NCBI GenBank assembly: GCA_016193315.1
Contig: JACPSJ010000001.1
Span: 91,981 to 155,980 of the forward strand
DNA: 64,000 bases
Direction: 5' to 3'
Source: Candidatus Kerfeldbacteria bacterium
GTDB taxonomy: Bacteria; Patescibacteriota; Patescibacteriia; SBBC01; CAIJZX01
Shown here one piece after another: positions 18,971 through 28,552 of the stretch; position 1 is the first letter of the stretch; every line of letters begins with the position of its first letter. The notes below the pieces were generated by a model, which saw nothing but the letters and a program-made list of their open reading frames with translations, ran no database searches and was not told the DNA's origin. Both the position numbers and the translations under genes were made by a program.

Positions 18971-20245
18971 GTGAAGGATAATCCATTCGAACATGCGCTG
19001 GTGCAGTTGCGTCGAGCCGCGGAACTAGGAAACATAGATCCGACGATGATCCGCCGCCTCGAGCTGCCAGAGCGGACAATCGAAGTCAGCATTCCGGTGA
19101 CGATGGACGATGGATCGCTTCGCGTCTTCCCTGGGTGGCGCGTCCAGTACAACAACGCCCGCGGACCGTACAAGGGCGGCATTCGCTATCATCCGCAGAC
19201 GAACCCCGACGAAATCAAGGCGCTGGCTTTTTGGATGACCATCAAGTGCGCGCTGCTGAATCTGCCCTATGGCGGCGGCAAAGGGGGGGTGACCGTTGAC
19301 CCGCGACTGCTGAGTCGCGGTGAACTCGAACGTCTGTCTCGTGGCTGGGTGAGGGCAATGTTCCCCAATCTTGGGCCGCAGGTTGATGTCCCGGCGCCCG
19401 ACGTTTACACCAACCCGCAGATCATGGCTTGGATGACCGATGAGTATTCACGACTGGCCGGTCGACCGACGCCGGCCGCGTTTACCGGCAAGCCGATTGA
19501 GGCCGGGGGATCTGCCGGTCGAGAGTTTTCAACCGGCCAGGGCGGGCTCGATGTGCTGACGGCGCTGATGTCGAAACTTGGCCGCGCGCCAAAAGACACC
19601 ACCGTCGCCGTTCAGGGCTTTGGTAATGTTGGCTACCACCTGGCTCGTTTGCTGCAGCGGGCCGGCTATCGCATCGTCGCCTTGTCTGATTCCAAGGGTG
19701 GCATTGAGGACAAGCGTCGTCTCGGCATGGAACCGGAGCACGTCATGACTTCAAAGCAGGCGAAGGGCATGATCGACGGGATGTATTGCATCGGCTCAGT
19801 CTGTGACTTTACCAATTATCAAGCTATTACCAATAAACAGTTGCTGGCCCTCCCGGTCGATATCCTTGTTCCGGCGGCCCTGGAAGACGCCATCACCGAA
19901 CAGAATGCCGGCGCGGTTCAGGCCAAGATCATTTTGGAAATGGCGAATGGGGCGGTGACCCCGGAGGCGGAGAACGTTTTGGTTCAGCGGCAGATAACGG
20001 TTGTGCCGGATATTCTGGCCAACGCTGGCGGCGTCGTTGGATCATATTTCGAATGGCAACAGAATTTGGCTAGCGAGCATTGGACCGAAGCTGAAGTACT
20101 TCAGCGTTTACAGTCGATGATGACCCAGGCGTTCGAACAAACCTGGTCAAAGGCCCAACAGCACCAAGTTGGCTTTCGTCTCGGCGCCTATCTGGTGGCG
20201 CTCGGGCGATTGGCGGAGGCGATGAAGCTTGACCACCCCCGCTAG
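18971..20245 (+). CDS. gdhA: Glu/Leu/Phe/Val dehydrogenase (glutamate dehydrogenase)
   Basis: GPYKGGIRYHP, GGGKGG, DVPAPD, QGFGNVG, PDILANAGGV. Confidence 0.93.
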   Translation: MKDNPFEHALVQLRRAAELGNIDPTMIRRLELPERTIEVSIPVTMDDGSLRVFPGWRVQYNNARGPYKGGIRYHPQTNPDEIKALAFWMTIKCALLNLPYGGGKGGVTVDPRLLSRGELERLSRGWVRAMFPNLGPQVDVPAPDVYTNPQIMAWMTDEYSRLAGRPTPAAFTGKPIEAGGSAGREFSTGQGGLDVLTALMSKLGRAPKDTTVAVQGFGNVGYHLARLLQRAGYRIVALSDSKGGIEDKRRLGMEPEHVMTSKQAKGMIDGMYCIGSVCDFTNYQAITNKQLLALPVDILVPAALEDAITEQNAGAVQAKIILEMANGAVTPEAENVLVQRQITVVPDILANAGGVVGSYFEWQQNLASEHWTEAEVLQRLQSMMTQAFEQTWSKAQQHQVGFRLGAYLVALGRLAEAMKLDHPR

Positions 20246-20444
20246 CGCTTCGCGCTAGGCCCCTCCTCAGCTGAGGAGGGGCAGATTGGTAAAAGTCCCC
20301 TGTGTTTGTTTCCGCTTTCTTCACCAATCATCGAAGCGAAAAAAGGACCCCGCCGGGTCCGGTGAAAGTGAAAGGTGCCATCAGGCTTCGGCCACGGTTC
20401 CGGTCGGGGCGGCGGCTTTCGGTTTGGTTAAAAAAAGAACCGAC

Positions 20445-20969
20445 TTAGGTTGTCGGTCCGTTTGGCCGTTGTCGCTGACTCATGTCAACGCACGCGCTCG
20501 GAACGAGTTTCAGGCGGCGGACCCAGCCATACATCTGTTCACAGCGGCTGTTCCGTCCGTACTCGATATCAACGACCAGACCAGTCTGATTCTGGTAGGT
20601 GACTGCGTCACCACAGTACCACACCCCGACTGGTCCTGGCGGGTGCTGAGCCATCACCCCGGGCGGGACGGTGCTGTGACGCCACGCGGCCAGTAAAGGC
20701 AGTTGCAGCAGCCGGACGGCCGGCATCCACGAATAGTACGTGGCGATGTCCGCCGGCTCACAGACGCCGTGACAAAACCTGGCCACTTCTTCAGCGAAGT
20801 ACAGCGGCGGCTGCCATGTCTTCGGGGGCGCACCAAACAGATGCGGGAAACCCTTGGCTAAACCGTCGAGGACGCGGTTGTCATGGCAGGTGGTGACGAG
20901 TACGCGTAGCCAGAACTCCGGCTCGGCACAGATCGCCATCCAGTTTCGATACTGACGGGAACGATGCAT
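20445..20969 (-). CDS. hypothetical protein
   Basis: GGAGG RBS; 174-aa ORF. Confidence 0.55.
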   Translation of the reverse strand: MHRSRQYRNWMAICAEPEFWLRVLVTTCHDNRVLDGLAKGFPHLFGAPPKTWQPPLYFAEEVARFCHGVCEPADIATYYSWMPAVRLLQLPLLAAWRHSTVPPGVMAQHPPGPVGVWYCGDAVTYQNQTGLVVDIEYGRNSRCEQMYGWVRRLKLVPSACVDMSQRQRPNGPTT

Positions 20970-21288
20970 GAGCCCTCCAGGAGAGTGGTTGGGTTCGAAA
21001 GTGCGAAATCACCGGACAATATCAAGCTGTGGCTAATCTGTCAAATCATCTTCATTGTTTTCCCCGAGCCGTCGTTCCTCTTAACCGCTAGCGGGGCGTC
21101 AAGATAATTACCCGCCTCCGTCCCGACGCGCTGGCGCGGTCGGGACTTCGGGTGGTTCCGCCGAAGTATTACATCGAGGCCACGGCCATACATGGCGTAG
21201 CCAGTCCGGCTACGCCGGAAGCCCGTGTCTGCCCAGCGGGAGCTGAACCATAAAAAAAGACCCCGTGGGGGTCCGGTGGAAGTTGGCA

Positions 21289-21624
21289 TCAGCCTTCGGC
21301 CACGGTGCCAGTACTGGCGCGGGCCGCAGGCTGCGCCTGACGCGGCGGGAGATCGACTTCGATGTCGGCGACCGCGCCGATGAGGCAGTCGGTGTACGAC
21401 TTCCCACGGCGTTCCCGAGCCAGGGCAGCCAGCTGGTCGGCCACCTCGCGTGCGTGCTGACTGGGGATCTTGGTCACCCTCAGAAGAATGATCAGCTCGC
21501 CCAGCCGATCCAGGGCCATCCACACGCTCGCTGCCGGAGCTTCGTCGGCCAGATTACACACTTCCCTGATCCGCTCGACGATCGCTTCGTGAAACGGCTT
21601 CTTCGGCTTCCGCTCGGCGGTCAT
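21289..21624 (-). CDS. hypothetical protein
   Basis: GAGGAGG RBS before MTAERKPKK. Confidence 0.6.
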   Translation of the reverse strand: MTAERKPKKPFHEAIVERIREVCNLADEAPAASVWMALDRLGELIILLRVTKIPSQHAREVADQLAALARERRGKSYTDCLIGAVADIEVDLPPRQAQPAARASTGTVAEG

Positions 21625-21879
21625 TGGTTCCTCCTCGAATGAACGTGGATTTGTTTCGGTGGGCTGATGTTTCCTATCATAGTTCTTGAGGATTGTCAAC
21701 CGCAAGCACCATGGTGATGGATAGATGGTAAAAAAAAGAAACTCCGCACTACGTCGAGTGCGGAGTAAAGGGCCCAGCTGGTGTGGGCGATCTGGATCAA
21801 GAAACGGTAACTCGAGATCGACGGCCGGTCTGCCCGCAGTCGCTGCAAGCATGGCGTTCCATACCGAGGAACGAATCGC

Positions 21880-22035
21880 TCAGTAAGCTTGGTTGAGCAG
21901 TCTTGACACTGGGTCATCACCTTGTCCGTGGTGGTCCGGGTGATGCCGGAGCATGAGTCGGCGGTAGGCGGCTTGAATCGCAGCCGGCTTGGCGCTCGAT
22001 TCCAGGCCGAGGAGTTGGTAATAGGTGATCGACAT
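21880..22035 (-). CDS. minimal or truncated DnaJ J-domain protein
   Basis: GGAGG RBS; YYQLLGL...IQAAYRRL...HHPD...LNQAY then TGA. Confidence 0.65.
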   Translation of the reverse strand: MSITYYQLLGLESSAKPAAIQAAYRRLMLRHHPDHHGQGDDPVSRLLNQAY

Positions 22036-22234
22036 GAGACCTCCGGTAGTTGGTCGTCGACCGTCAGCAGGATGGAAGGTTCTATCAAGAAGACGTCTGG
22101 TGTGGTTGCAAGAAAAGGAAGGGAAACTAGCACATAACAAATACCCTGTCAATAGGAGGTGCAAATGCTGTCCGGACACGGCCATGAAAAAAGCCCAGCC
22201 TGTATGCTGGGCATAGTCGAGAAGATCGGCGCGG

Positions 22235-23212
22235 TCAGTTGGTCGTCTTGGTCCGGATGACAACCGACAGCTGTTCTCGACCGCAGTGAACGCCGGTATC
22301 AAAGAGCAAATTGATAGCTCGAAGGTGTTGCAGCGCTGGAGCGGCGTACTTGGGGAAACGACGCGCGCATCGTCCATCGACGTCCCATAGAACTGCATAG
22401 GGCTGACTAGGTCGCCGCCGTAACAACCAGCGGTAGACTTCGACGACCGGGCGCGAGAGAACCAGGGAGGTGCCATGATGCGGCATCGGCGCCCGTCGAG
22501 ACTTTGGCGGCATTGTGCGCCGGGATTTCCTTCGACGTGTCGGTTTGGCCGCCGAGGCCGGCGGTCGAGTCTTCGGTTGAGCCGGCGCCTTTGGCGCGGG
22601 TCGAGGAGGAGGTGTCGCTGGCGGACTCGGTTGGTGGTGAGCCCGAAGCCGATCAAGCAGCCCGGCCAGGGCGTCCGGAGAATCGGCGTAGAGCTTCAGG
22701 TGCCACGCTCTTCGGCTGGCGATGAAAACCTCGAAGACATAGTCGCCATGCTGGCCGAAAGGCGTTAACACCACGCCGGGCTTGATGGTCCAGGGTTCCC
22801 CGACCGCTACATTCCGGACGCCAGTCCAGGAACGAAGCTCGGCCAGTCTGACTTCCAGACCGGGCGGCAGGGCATACGGCTCGGCCGCTGATGGGTCGAC
22901 CGGGGTCTGTGCCGGCCGGGCATCATGAAATCGCTTGAACAGCCTATCCCGGACCTGATACGGATCAGCCCGGGTACTCAACCGGCAGGTGAAGAGACGT
23001 TGGCGGTCCCCGCTTGGGTAGGTGGCCTTGATGGCCACGCCAACCTCCGGTGAGCGCCAGACAACGAACTCCGGCGAGGTCCGGCCGTCGACCCTCGGCT
23101 CAGTCAAGCCTGGTTCGACCGCCGTGATGCCCGGCGAGGCGCGCAGGCGCTGGAAGAAGGCTCGACTGCCTGGGGTTTGCTGTTCCTCACGATTCGAAAT
23201 CGTGTGGTCCAT
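22235..23212 (-). CDS. hypothetical protein
   Basis: GGAGG RBS before MDHTIS; Pro-rich linker. Confidence 0.6.
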   Translation of the reverse strand: MDHTISNREEQQTPGSRAFFQRLRASPGITAVEPGLTEPRVDGRTSPEFVVWRSPEVGVAIKATYPSGDRQRLFTCRLSTRADPYQVRDRLFKRFHDARPAQTPVDPSAAEPYALPPGLEVRLAELRSWTGVRNVAVGEPWTIKPGVVLTPFGQHGDYVFEVFIASRRAWHLKLYADSPDALAGLLDRLRAHHQPSPPATPPPRPAPKAPAQPKTRPPASAAKPTRRRKSRRTMPPKSRRAPMPHHGTSLVLSRPVVEVYRWLLRRRPSQPYAVLWDVDGRCARRFPKYAAPALQHLRAINLLFDTGVHCGREQLSVVIRTKTTN

Positions 23213-23324
23213 TTGCCCTCCGTGGCTGGGGTTGAGGATTGAGAGGGACGAGAGACAGATCAATAATACCACGCTACCGCCAGTGCCAGCGACGGTGGCC
23301 AATGTGATATACTGGTTAAGCCGT

Positions 23325-23990
23325 ATGGCCAAGACAAAGCCAAACCGCAAAGAAGAACTGGCTCTCCGTCAGGCTGGTTACGAATACATCGCCGGCGTTG
23401 ACGAAGCTGGCAAGGGCGCCTGGGCCGGACCGCTGGTGGCGGCGGCGGTGATTTTGCCGGCCGATTTTTCCGTGGCCGGCGTGAACGATTCAAAAGTCCT
23501 GTCGGCGGCGCAGCGAGAAAAACTGTTCGTCCACATCACCCGTCAAGCCCTGTCCTGGGCGGTCGCGGTCGTTTCATCGCAATACATCGATCAGCACGGC
23601 ATCGTCAAGGCGAATAAGAAAGCGCTGCTTGACGCGGTCAAGAAGCTTCATCGCAAACCGGCGGCCGTGCTGGTCGACGCCGTGCCGATTAAACACGGCA
23701 AGAAGCCGGTCAAAGCGATCGTTGACGGCGACGCCAAGGTGGTGTCCATTGCCGCCGCCTCGATCGTGGCCAAGGTCGTCCGCGACACGCTGATGAACGG
23801 CGAACACCGGCTCTACCCGGAGTACGAATTCCACCGCCACAAAGGCTACGGCACCAGTCGTCATCACCAACTCCTGCTGGCGCACGGCCCGAGCCCGATT
23901 CACCGCCGCAGCTTTCGGCCGCTGAATGGGAGTTCAGTCGCCCGCCGAGTGGCCGGCCGCCGCGTCCCGATCAGGTCGTCGAAGCGCTGA
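23325..23990 (+). CDS. rnhB: ribonuclease HII
   Basis: AGVDEAGKGAWAGP, NDSK.L, SIAAASIVAKV.RD, HKGYGT, HRRSF. Confidence 0.95.
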   Translation: MAKTKPNRKEELALRQAGYEYIAGVDEAGKGAWAGPLVAAAVILPADFSVAGVNDSKVLSAAQREKLFVHITRQALSWAVAVVSSQYIDQHGIVKANKKALLDAVKKLHRKPAAVLVDAVPIKHGKKPVKAIVDGDAKVVSIAAASIVAKVVRDTLMNGEHRLYPEYEFHRHKGYGTSRHHQLLLAHGPSPIHRRSFRPLNGSSVARRVAGRRVPIRSSKR

Positions 23991-24000
23991 TCGCCTAGCC

Positions 24001-24555
24001 ATGCCATTGCCCACCCACGTGCTCATCGAACCCCGACAGCTGATCGACCGCCTCGGCGTCAAGATCGGCATGAAGGTCGGTGACTTCGGCGTTGGCGGGG
24101 CGGCCAGCTTTGCCGTGCCGCTCGGGCAGCGGGTCGGGCCGAATGGCGAGGTGTTGATGTTTGACGTCCTCAAGTCGGCGCTGTCAGCCGCCTTGAGCTT
24201 GACGAAGATGCGCGGTTTGAACAATTGCCGGGCGGTCTGGTCGAACCTGGAAATCTTTGAAGGCGCCCGCGGCGTTCGGCCGAACAGCCTCGACGCCGGG
24301 CTGCTGGTCAACGTCCTCAATCAGACCAAGAAGTACCGGGACATGCTGGTCGAGATTCACCGGATGCTCAAGACCGGGGCCGCGCTGCTCGTCGTTGACT
24401 GGCAACCGGGGATGAATCTCAGTTTTGCGCCGACGAAGGAAGAACGGTTGGCTGTTGAACACGTCAACCAGGTCGCCAGGGAATTGGGTTTCGCCACCCT
24501 CGACCAATTTTCCGCCGGGCCGTACCACTGGGGCTTGGTCCTCGTCAAAACCTAA
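24001..24555 (+). CDS. class I SAM-dependent methyltransferase-like protein
   Basis: VGDFGVGG motif I; RMLK.G..LLVVDW. Confidence 0.8.
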   Translation: MPLPTHVLIEPRQLIDRLGVKIGMKVGDFGVGGAASFAVPLGQRVGPNGEVLMFDVLKSALSAALSLTKMRGLNNCRAVWSNLEIFEGARGVRPNSLDAGLLVNVLNQTKKYRDMLVEIHRMLKTGAALLVVDWQPGMNLSFAPTKEERLAVEHVNQVARELGFATLDQFSAGPYHWGLVLVKT

Positions 24556-24918
24556 ATGCCTTCTGAGCGACAACGGTTTGGCGCCTGGGCCGAACAGCGG
24601 GCCGAGGATTTTTTGCGCCGACGGGGCTATCGGATTCTCGACCGTCATGTCACCTCGCGATATGGAGAACTCGATCTGGTGGCGGAGCATGACGGACTGA
24701 TTGTCTTTATTGAGGTTAAAGCACGCCGGAGCGCAGCCATGGGCCAAGCGATTGAATCCGTGACCAAGAAAAAACTCGAGTCGTGGCAGCAGGCAGCCGA
24801 AACATACCTCCAGCAGAAGGATTGGCTCGAACGGCCGATACGATTCGACGTTATCACCCTGGACCACAGACGGCCCGGCACGTTAGCCATACGCCATCTT
24901 AAAGGAATCGGCGAATAG
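24556..24918 (+). CDS. YraN family protein
   Basis: GAWAE..A..FL...GY, GELDLV, VFIEVKAR, RFDVI. Confidence 0.92.
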   Translation: MPSERQRFGAWAEQRAEDFLRRRGYRILDRHVTSRYGELDLVAEHDGLIVFIEVKARRSAAMGQAIESVTKKKLESWQQAAETYLQQKDWLERPIRFDVITLDHRRPGTLAIRHLKGIGE

Positions 24919-25073
24919 CCGTCGCACCGGATGGTTTTGACCTTGGTGATTTTGTGTTATCGTCAACTCACCCACACTCGTTCGGCAGGAACGACGTGGA
25001 GACGATGCACCTTCAACCTGCCCAACCACCACCGCATTGAATCCAAGCGAGGTGATGCAAAGGAGGAACAATC

Positions 25074-26411
25074 ATGTCGCTAGCCACCATCGAACTCCCG
25101 CAGCAGTTCCACCATGCGGTTGAGCACTGGCGTCGCCACTACATTCCGGACTTCGACGCGCTCATGGCGGCCTGGGATCGGTACTTCCCAAAAGACGAGC
25201 CATTCTGCCTGTGCGCGAAACTGGAACTCGGCACGTCTGAGGTCGTCACGATTGGCGATCATGCCGGTGAAAAGAAGCGCCTCAAGCCGGACGAGCTGAC
25301 CGAGGCTGAGGCCAAGCAACTCCTGGCCATCATCCGGGCTCAGGCTTCGACCGAGTTCGGCTCGATCCAGCAGCATCATGGTACCTTAGCTCGCGCCCAG
25401 GATGATGAGGATCGCTTCTGGATTCTCAGAGTGATGGCCGAGGAACTTCGCCATGGCTACCAGATGTTCCACCTGCTCCTTTCGGAAGACTGGAGCGGCG
25501 CTTCGGGAGGGACGAAGGGCGAAGACATGGTCGAGGAAGCGCTGTCGATGCAGACCGGCTCGCATGTGCTCGATGCCTTCAACCTGGATTTTGACTCTTT
25601 CCTCGACAGCCTGGTCTTTGCGGCGGTGATCGACCGGGTCGGCAAGTATCAGCTGACCATGCAGAAAGTCTGCGCCTACAAGCCGTTCGCCGATTCAATG
25701 CCGCCGATGCTGCGCGAAGAAGCGTTCCACCTGGCGGCTGGCGTGGTGCCACTCCGGCGGTGGGTCAAGCGGGCCGCCAAGGGCGATTCCCTCAACACCA
25801 TGGAAGCGGTCCAGCGGGCGATCGCCAAGTGGTATCCCCGCGGTTTGGAAATGTTCGGGGACGAGCGTGGCGGCAAGACGAACGTCGGTTATGGTTTCAA
25901 GGACATGGAGAATCGCCCGGCGCAAGATCTGTACATCGCCGAACTGGAGCGCATGCTGCGGGACCTGAACATACGTTTTATCCGCGCGCGTCACCCGGAG
26001 TGGTCGGCCGAGCAAGCTGAGCTGGCGCTCGACACGCTGCATCAGGAGCGCGTCAAGGTGGACGGTCTGCGTTTCGAGGAACTGTTGCGACTGCCCGACC
26101 GGCGGTTCTTCCGCCGCAAAGGCGAGCCAGCCTGGACGATGGTCGGTTTCGACGGCGAAGCGTTCGATGACGTCGAGGCGTACTTGCCTCACTTAGCGCG
26201 TCACCTGCCCGAAGCCTACCTCGCCAGCCGCGACATGCGGCTCTACGCTAACACACTACGGAAAGTAGTATCAGGTCAGCTGACCGCGGCCGAGGCCACC
26301 AAGGCCATGCCGAAGCTCAAACGCGTCGGCGGCGTCTGCCCATGTTCACGGGCCGTGCGGTGGGTGGTCGAGGATGAAACTTCGGAACTCAAGGATGCAC
26401 CTTCCCCCTAG
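25074..26411 (+). CDS. BoxB/PaaA-like ferritin-like di-iron protein
   Basis: QASTEFGSIQQ, AEELRH, DRVGKYQL and REEAFH resemble benzoyl-CoA epoxidase BoxB motifs; AAGGAGG RBS. Confidence 0.75.
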   Translation: MSLATIELPQQFHHAVEHWRRHYIPDFDALMAAWDRYFPKDEPFCLCAKLELGTSEVVTIGDHAGEKKRLKPDELTEAEAKQLLAIIRAQASTEFGSIQQHHGTLARAQDDEDRFWILRVMAEELRHGYQMFHLLLSEDWSGASGGTKGEDMVEEALSMQTGSHVLDAFNLDFDSFLDSLVFAAVIDRVGKYQLTMQKVCAYKPFADSMPPMLREEAFHLAAGVVPLRRWVKRAAKGDSLNTMEAVQRAIAKWYPRGLEMFGDERGGKTNVGYGFKDMENRPAQDLYIAELERMLRDLNIRFIRARHPEWSAEQAELALDTLHQERVKVDGLRFEELLRLPDRRFFRRKGEPAWTMVGFDGEAFDDVEAYLPHLARHLPEAYLASRDMRLYANTLRKVVSGQLTAAEATKAMPKLKRVGGVCPCSRAVRWVVEDETSELKDAPSP

Positions 26412-26434
26412 CCGAGAGGTTAGGGCTTTTCTTT

Positions 26435-26460
26435 ACCCCGCACCTTATGCGGTGCGGGGT
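26435..26460. repeat. CCCCGCACC/GGTGCGGGG palindrome
   Basis: accccgcacc-ttatgc-ggtgcggggt; the same motif occurs at 53824/53952, 53980 and 62719. Confidence 0.65.
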
Positions 26461-27215
26461 TTCTTTGGCGCGATCATGAATTGACGCGGTTCTTTAGAAA
26501 TACTCCAAATGAGATCAAAGATACTGCGGAAGGCCTGGGAAATCGAAGGATCGGTGATCACGACCAGATAACGCCCGGCCATAGAATAAAGCCCGATGTT
26601 CTGTCCCCACATAGAAATATCAATGTCATATTTCATGTTCGGCGGCATGATCCGGATCCGGCGGTTTTTAGAGTTGTATTTTTTGGCATAGACGATATCG
26701 GCCGGGGTGGCAGTCACAATTTCCCAGGCTTGCTTGATTTCCCCCCGTCTGAGTTGTTGTTCGTAGGCAGCTAAGAGATCTCCGTACAGCTCAGTCAGAT
26801 TCTTTATATGGGAAATGAACCGATTCTCCGGGTGGTGGAACGTCGCCTCCATCCAGACTCTGCTGATATCTTCGACTCGATCGTAATAACGAATTTGCGG
26901 CTTGGTGCCGCCGCGATTTTCCAGGGCTCGTAACATCGGCAGTATTTCCAAGGCTACCTTTTCCTGCTGTTGGGCCGAGGCGAAGAGCTTCTGCGGTGAC
27001 TCAGGTATGTAGACGGTTTTCTTTCCCTCAAATGCTAAACCAGCCAGTTGTTTTCGCCGTAAAGATTCTAAGTCAAGATAGATGGTCGGTCGCTTCAGAC
27101 CGGTTTTTTTCGATAAGGACAGCGGCGTACCACGTCCCAGTTCAAGCAGGGAAGTGTAAATTCGTGCCTCGCGAGCCGTGAGACTGAGCTGGGCCAGAGC
27201 GTCATGGATATCCAT
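26445..27215 (-). CDS. TrmB-family transcriptional regulator
   Basis: LSLTAREARIYTSLLELG...KKTGLKRPTIY; KPQIRYY. Confidence 0.8.
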   Translation of the reverse strand: MDIHDALAQLSLTAREARIYTSLLELGRGTPLSLSKKTGLKRPTIYLDLESLRRKQLAGLAFEGKKTVYIPESPQKLFASAQQQEKVALEILPMLRALENRGGTKPQIRYYDRVEDISRVWMEATFHHPENRFISHIKNLTELYGDLLAAYEQQLRRGEIKQAWEIVTATPADIVYAKKYNSKNRRIRIMPPNMKYDIDISMWGQNIGLYSMAGRYLVVITDPSISQAFRSIFDLIWSISKEPRQFMIAPKKPRTA

Positions 27216-27436
27216 ACATTGATGGTACCAGGTTACATGATAAGTGTCAAGAATTGTGACATAAATTGCGTAAGTTATGAAAAACAGCTATATATAAGGC
27301 AAAATTCATTATTTAGTAAGTGATTATTATTGACAAAAGTGGAAAATTTCGCTATGATGGCCGGTTCTGAAGTGAAGAACCTCTGGCACATCAGCTTCCC
27401 ATAATATGGAGAATGACCTTTACAAAGGAGAAAAAC

Positions 27437-28051
27437 ATGCGGCGCCTTCTCGTCACTCTGGCCACGGCGGTTTTTGTTGGACCCACGGCTTATGCTGGTT
27501 CAACCACGGTCAGTCGACCGCTGACCGTCATCCGGGGTGATCTCGACACGAGCTTCAAAGGGACGCTGCTCCAGATCGTGGGCGATCGCTACGTCTGGGA
27601 TGTGATTTGGTCCAATCAAGGCTGGGGCGAAGTCGATCTCGGCCTGAACGTGACCAAGGGCACCTGGTATCTACAAAGCTTGCTCGGCGTGGACTTCATG
27701 CAGGGCGAGCACCACCGTACGATCTGCGGTTCGTTCTACCCGCAGCTCTACGCCATCCACTATGGTCGGGTGCATGCGGAATCGTGGTACGTCGGCGCGA
27801 TACCGTTCCATGGAGCAGCTTCAACGCTCCACTCCTTCCGCGAGCTGGCGGTTCAGCAGATTGGGCGCGCACCGCTGTGGTTAGGCGGACAGTACGATGC
27901 GGCCGCATCCCAGGGGTCGGCGCCCAGTCATTTTCTCGGGCCGCTGGTGGAGTATGAGTTTCTGAAGGACTGCCGCCTGGGCTTCACGGTTCAGCGGCAG
28001 ATCGGCGGGCCGCAGTCGAAGTTCTTGCTGACAATAGTCACTGTCAGATGA
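27437..28051 (+). CDS. secreted beta-rich hypothetical protein
   Basis: AAGGAG RBS; signal peptide MRRLLVTLATAVFVGPTAYA. Confidence 0.65.
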   Translation: MRRLLVTLATAVFVGPTAYAGSTTVSRPLTVIRGDLDTSFKGTLLQIVGDRYVWDVIWSNQGWGEVDLGLNVTKGTWYLQSLLGVDFMQGEHHRTICGSFYPQLYAIHYGRVHAESWYVGAIPFHGAASTLHSFRELAVQQIGRAPLWLGGQYDAAASQGSAPSHFLGPLVEYEFLKDCRLGFTVQRQIGGPQSKFLLTIVTVR

Positions 28052-28062
28052 GGAGGGATGCG

Positions 28063-28482
28063 ATGAAGGCAACTAAGCTAATACTCCTGCTATCCGGGTG
28101 CGTCTTGACCGCGGCGGCAATCATGTGGCTAGCCCTGAGGATATGGGTCGCGCATGAAACTCGCATGGCGCATAGCCGCGACCAGGAGTTAGCAAGAACC
28201 TGTCGGCGAATCATGATTCAGGAAACTCTGGAGTTCTCGGTTCGCCACCTGACCACTGCCGATTCAACATACGTTTACCCACCACAGCCGCACAACTACT
28301 GGAAGGTGGGGCCCTCAGAAGTAAAGAGCGAATGGATGGAACTTATTGGGGGCGATAGCCCAGACGGTGTCAGACCTCGCACACACGGATGGCTCGACGA
28401 GAAAAAAAGAATACTCTTTCTCAACGAGCCAGGGTATTACGAAAAGTTCATCGTCAGGGTTAAGGATCCTCCATGCTATTAG
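28063..28482 (+). CDS. hypothetical protein with N-terminal TM
   Basis: GAGGAGG RBS; hydrophobic N-terminus; terminator hairpin follows. Confidence 0.6.
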   Translation: MKATKLILLLSGCVLTAAAIMWLALRIWVAHETRMAHSRDQELARTCRRIMIQETLEFSVRHLTTADSTYVYPPQPHNYWKVGPSEVKSEWMELIGGDSPDGVRPRTHGWLDEKKRILFLNEPGYYEKFIVRVKDPPCY

Positions 28483-28552
28483 CAAAATGCCAAGGCACGT
28501 TGAAAGTTCCAGCTCCTATACGGAGCTGGTTTTTTTCATTGCGCAAGATTTT

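Noticed and set aside
21065-21240. Riboswitch or tRNA in the hairpin-rich spacer
   Set aside because: It appears to be stacked palindromic repeats; no cloverleaf or aptamer consensus was recognised.
21880-21882. Genetic code 25 (TGA read as Gly)
   Set aside because: Conserved genes such as nusA, rbfA, nfo and the UDG gene end properly at TGA.
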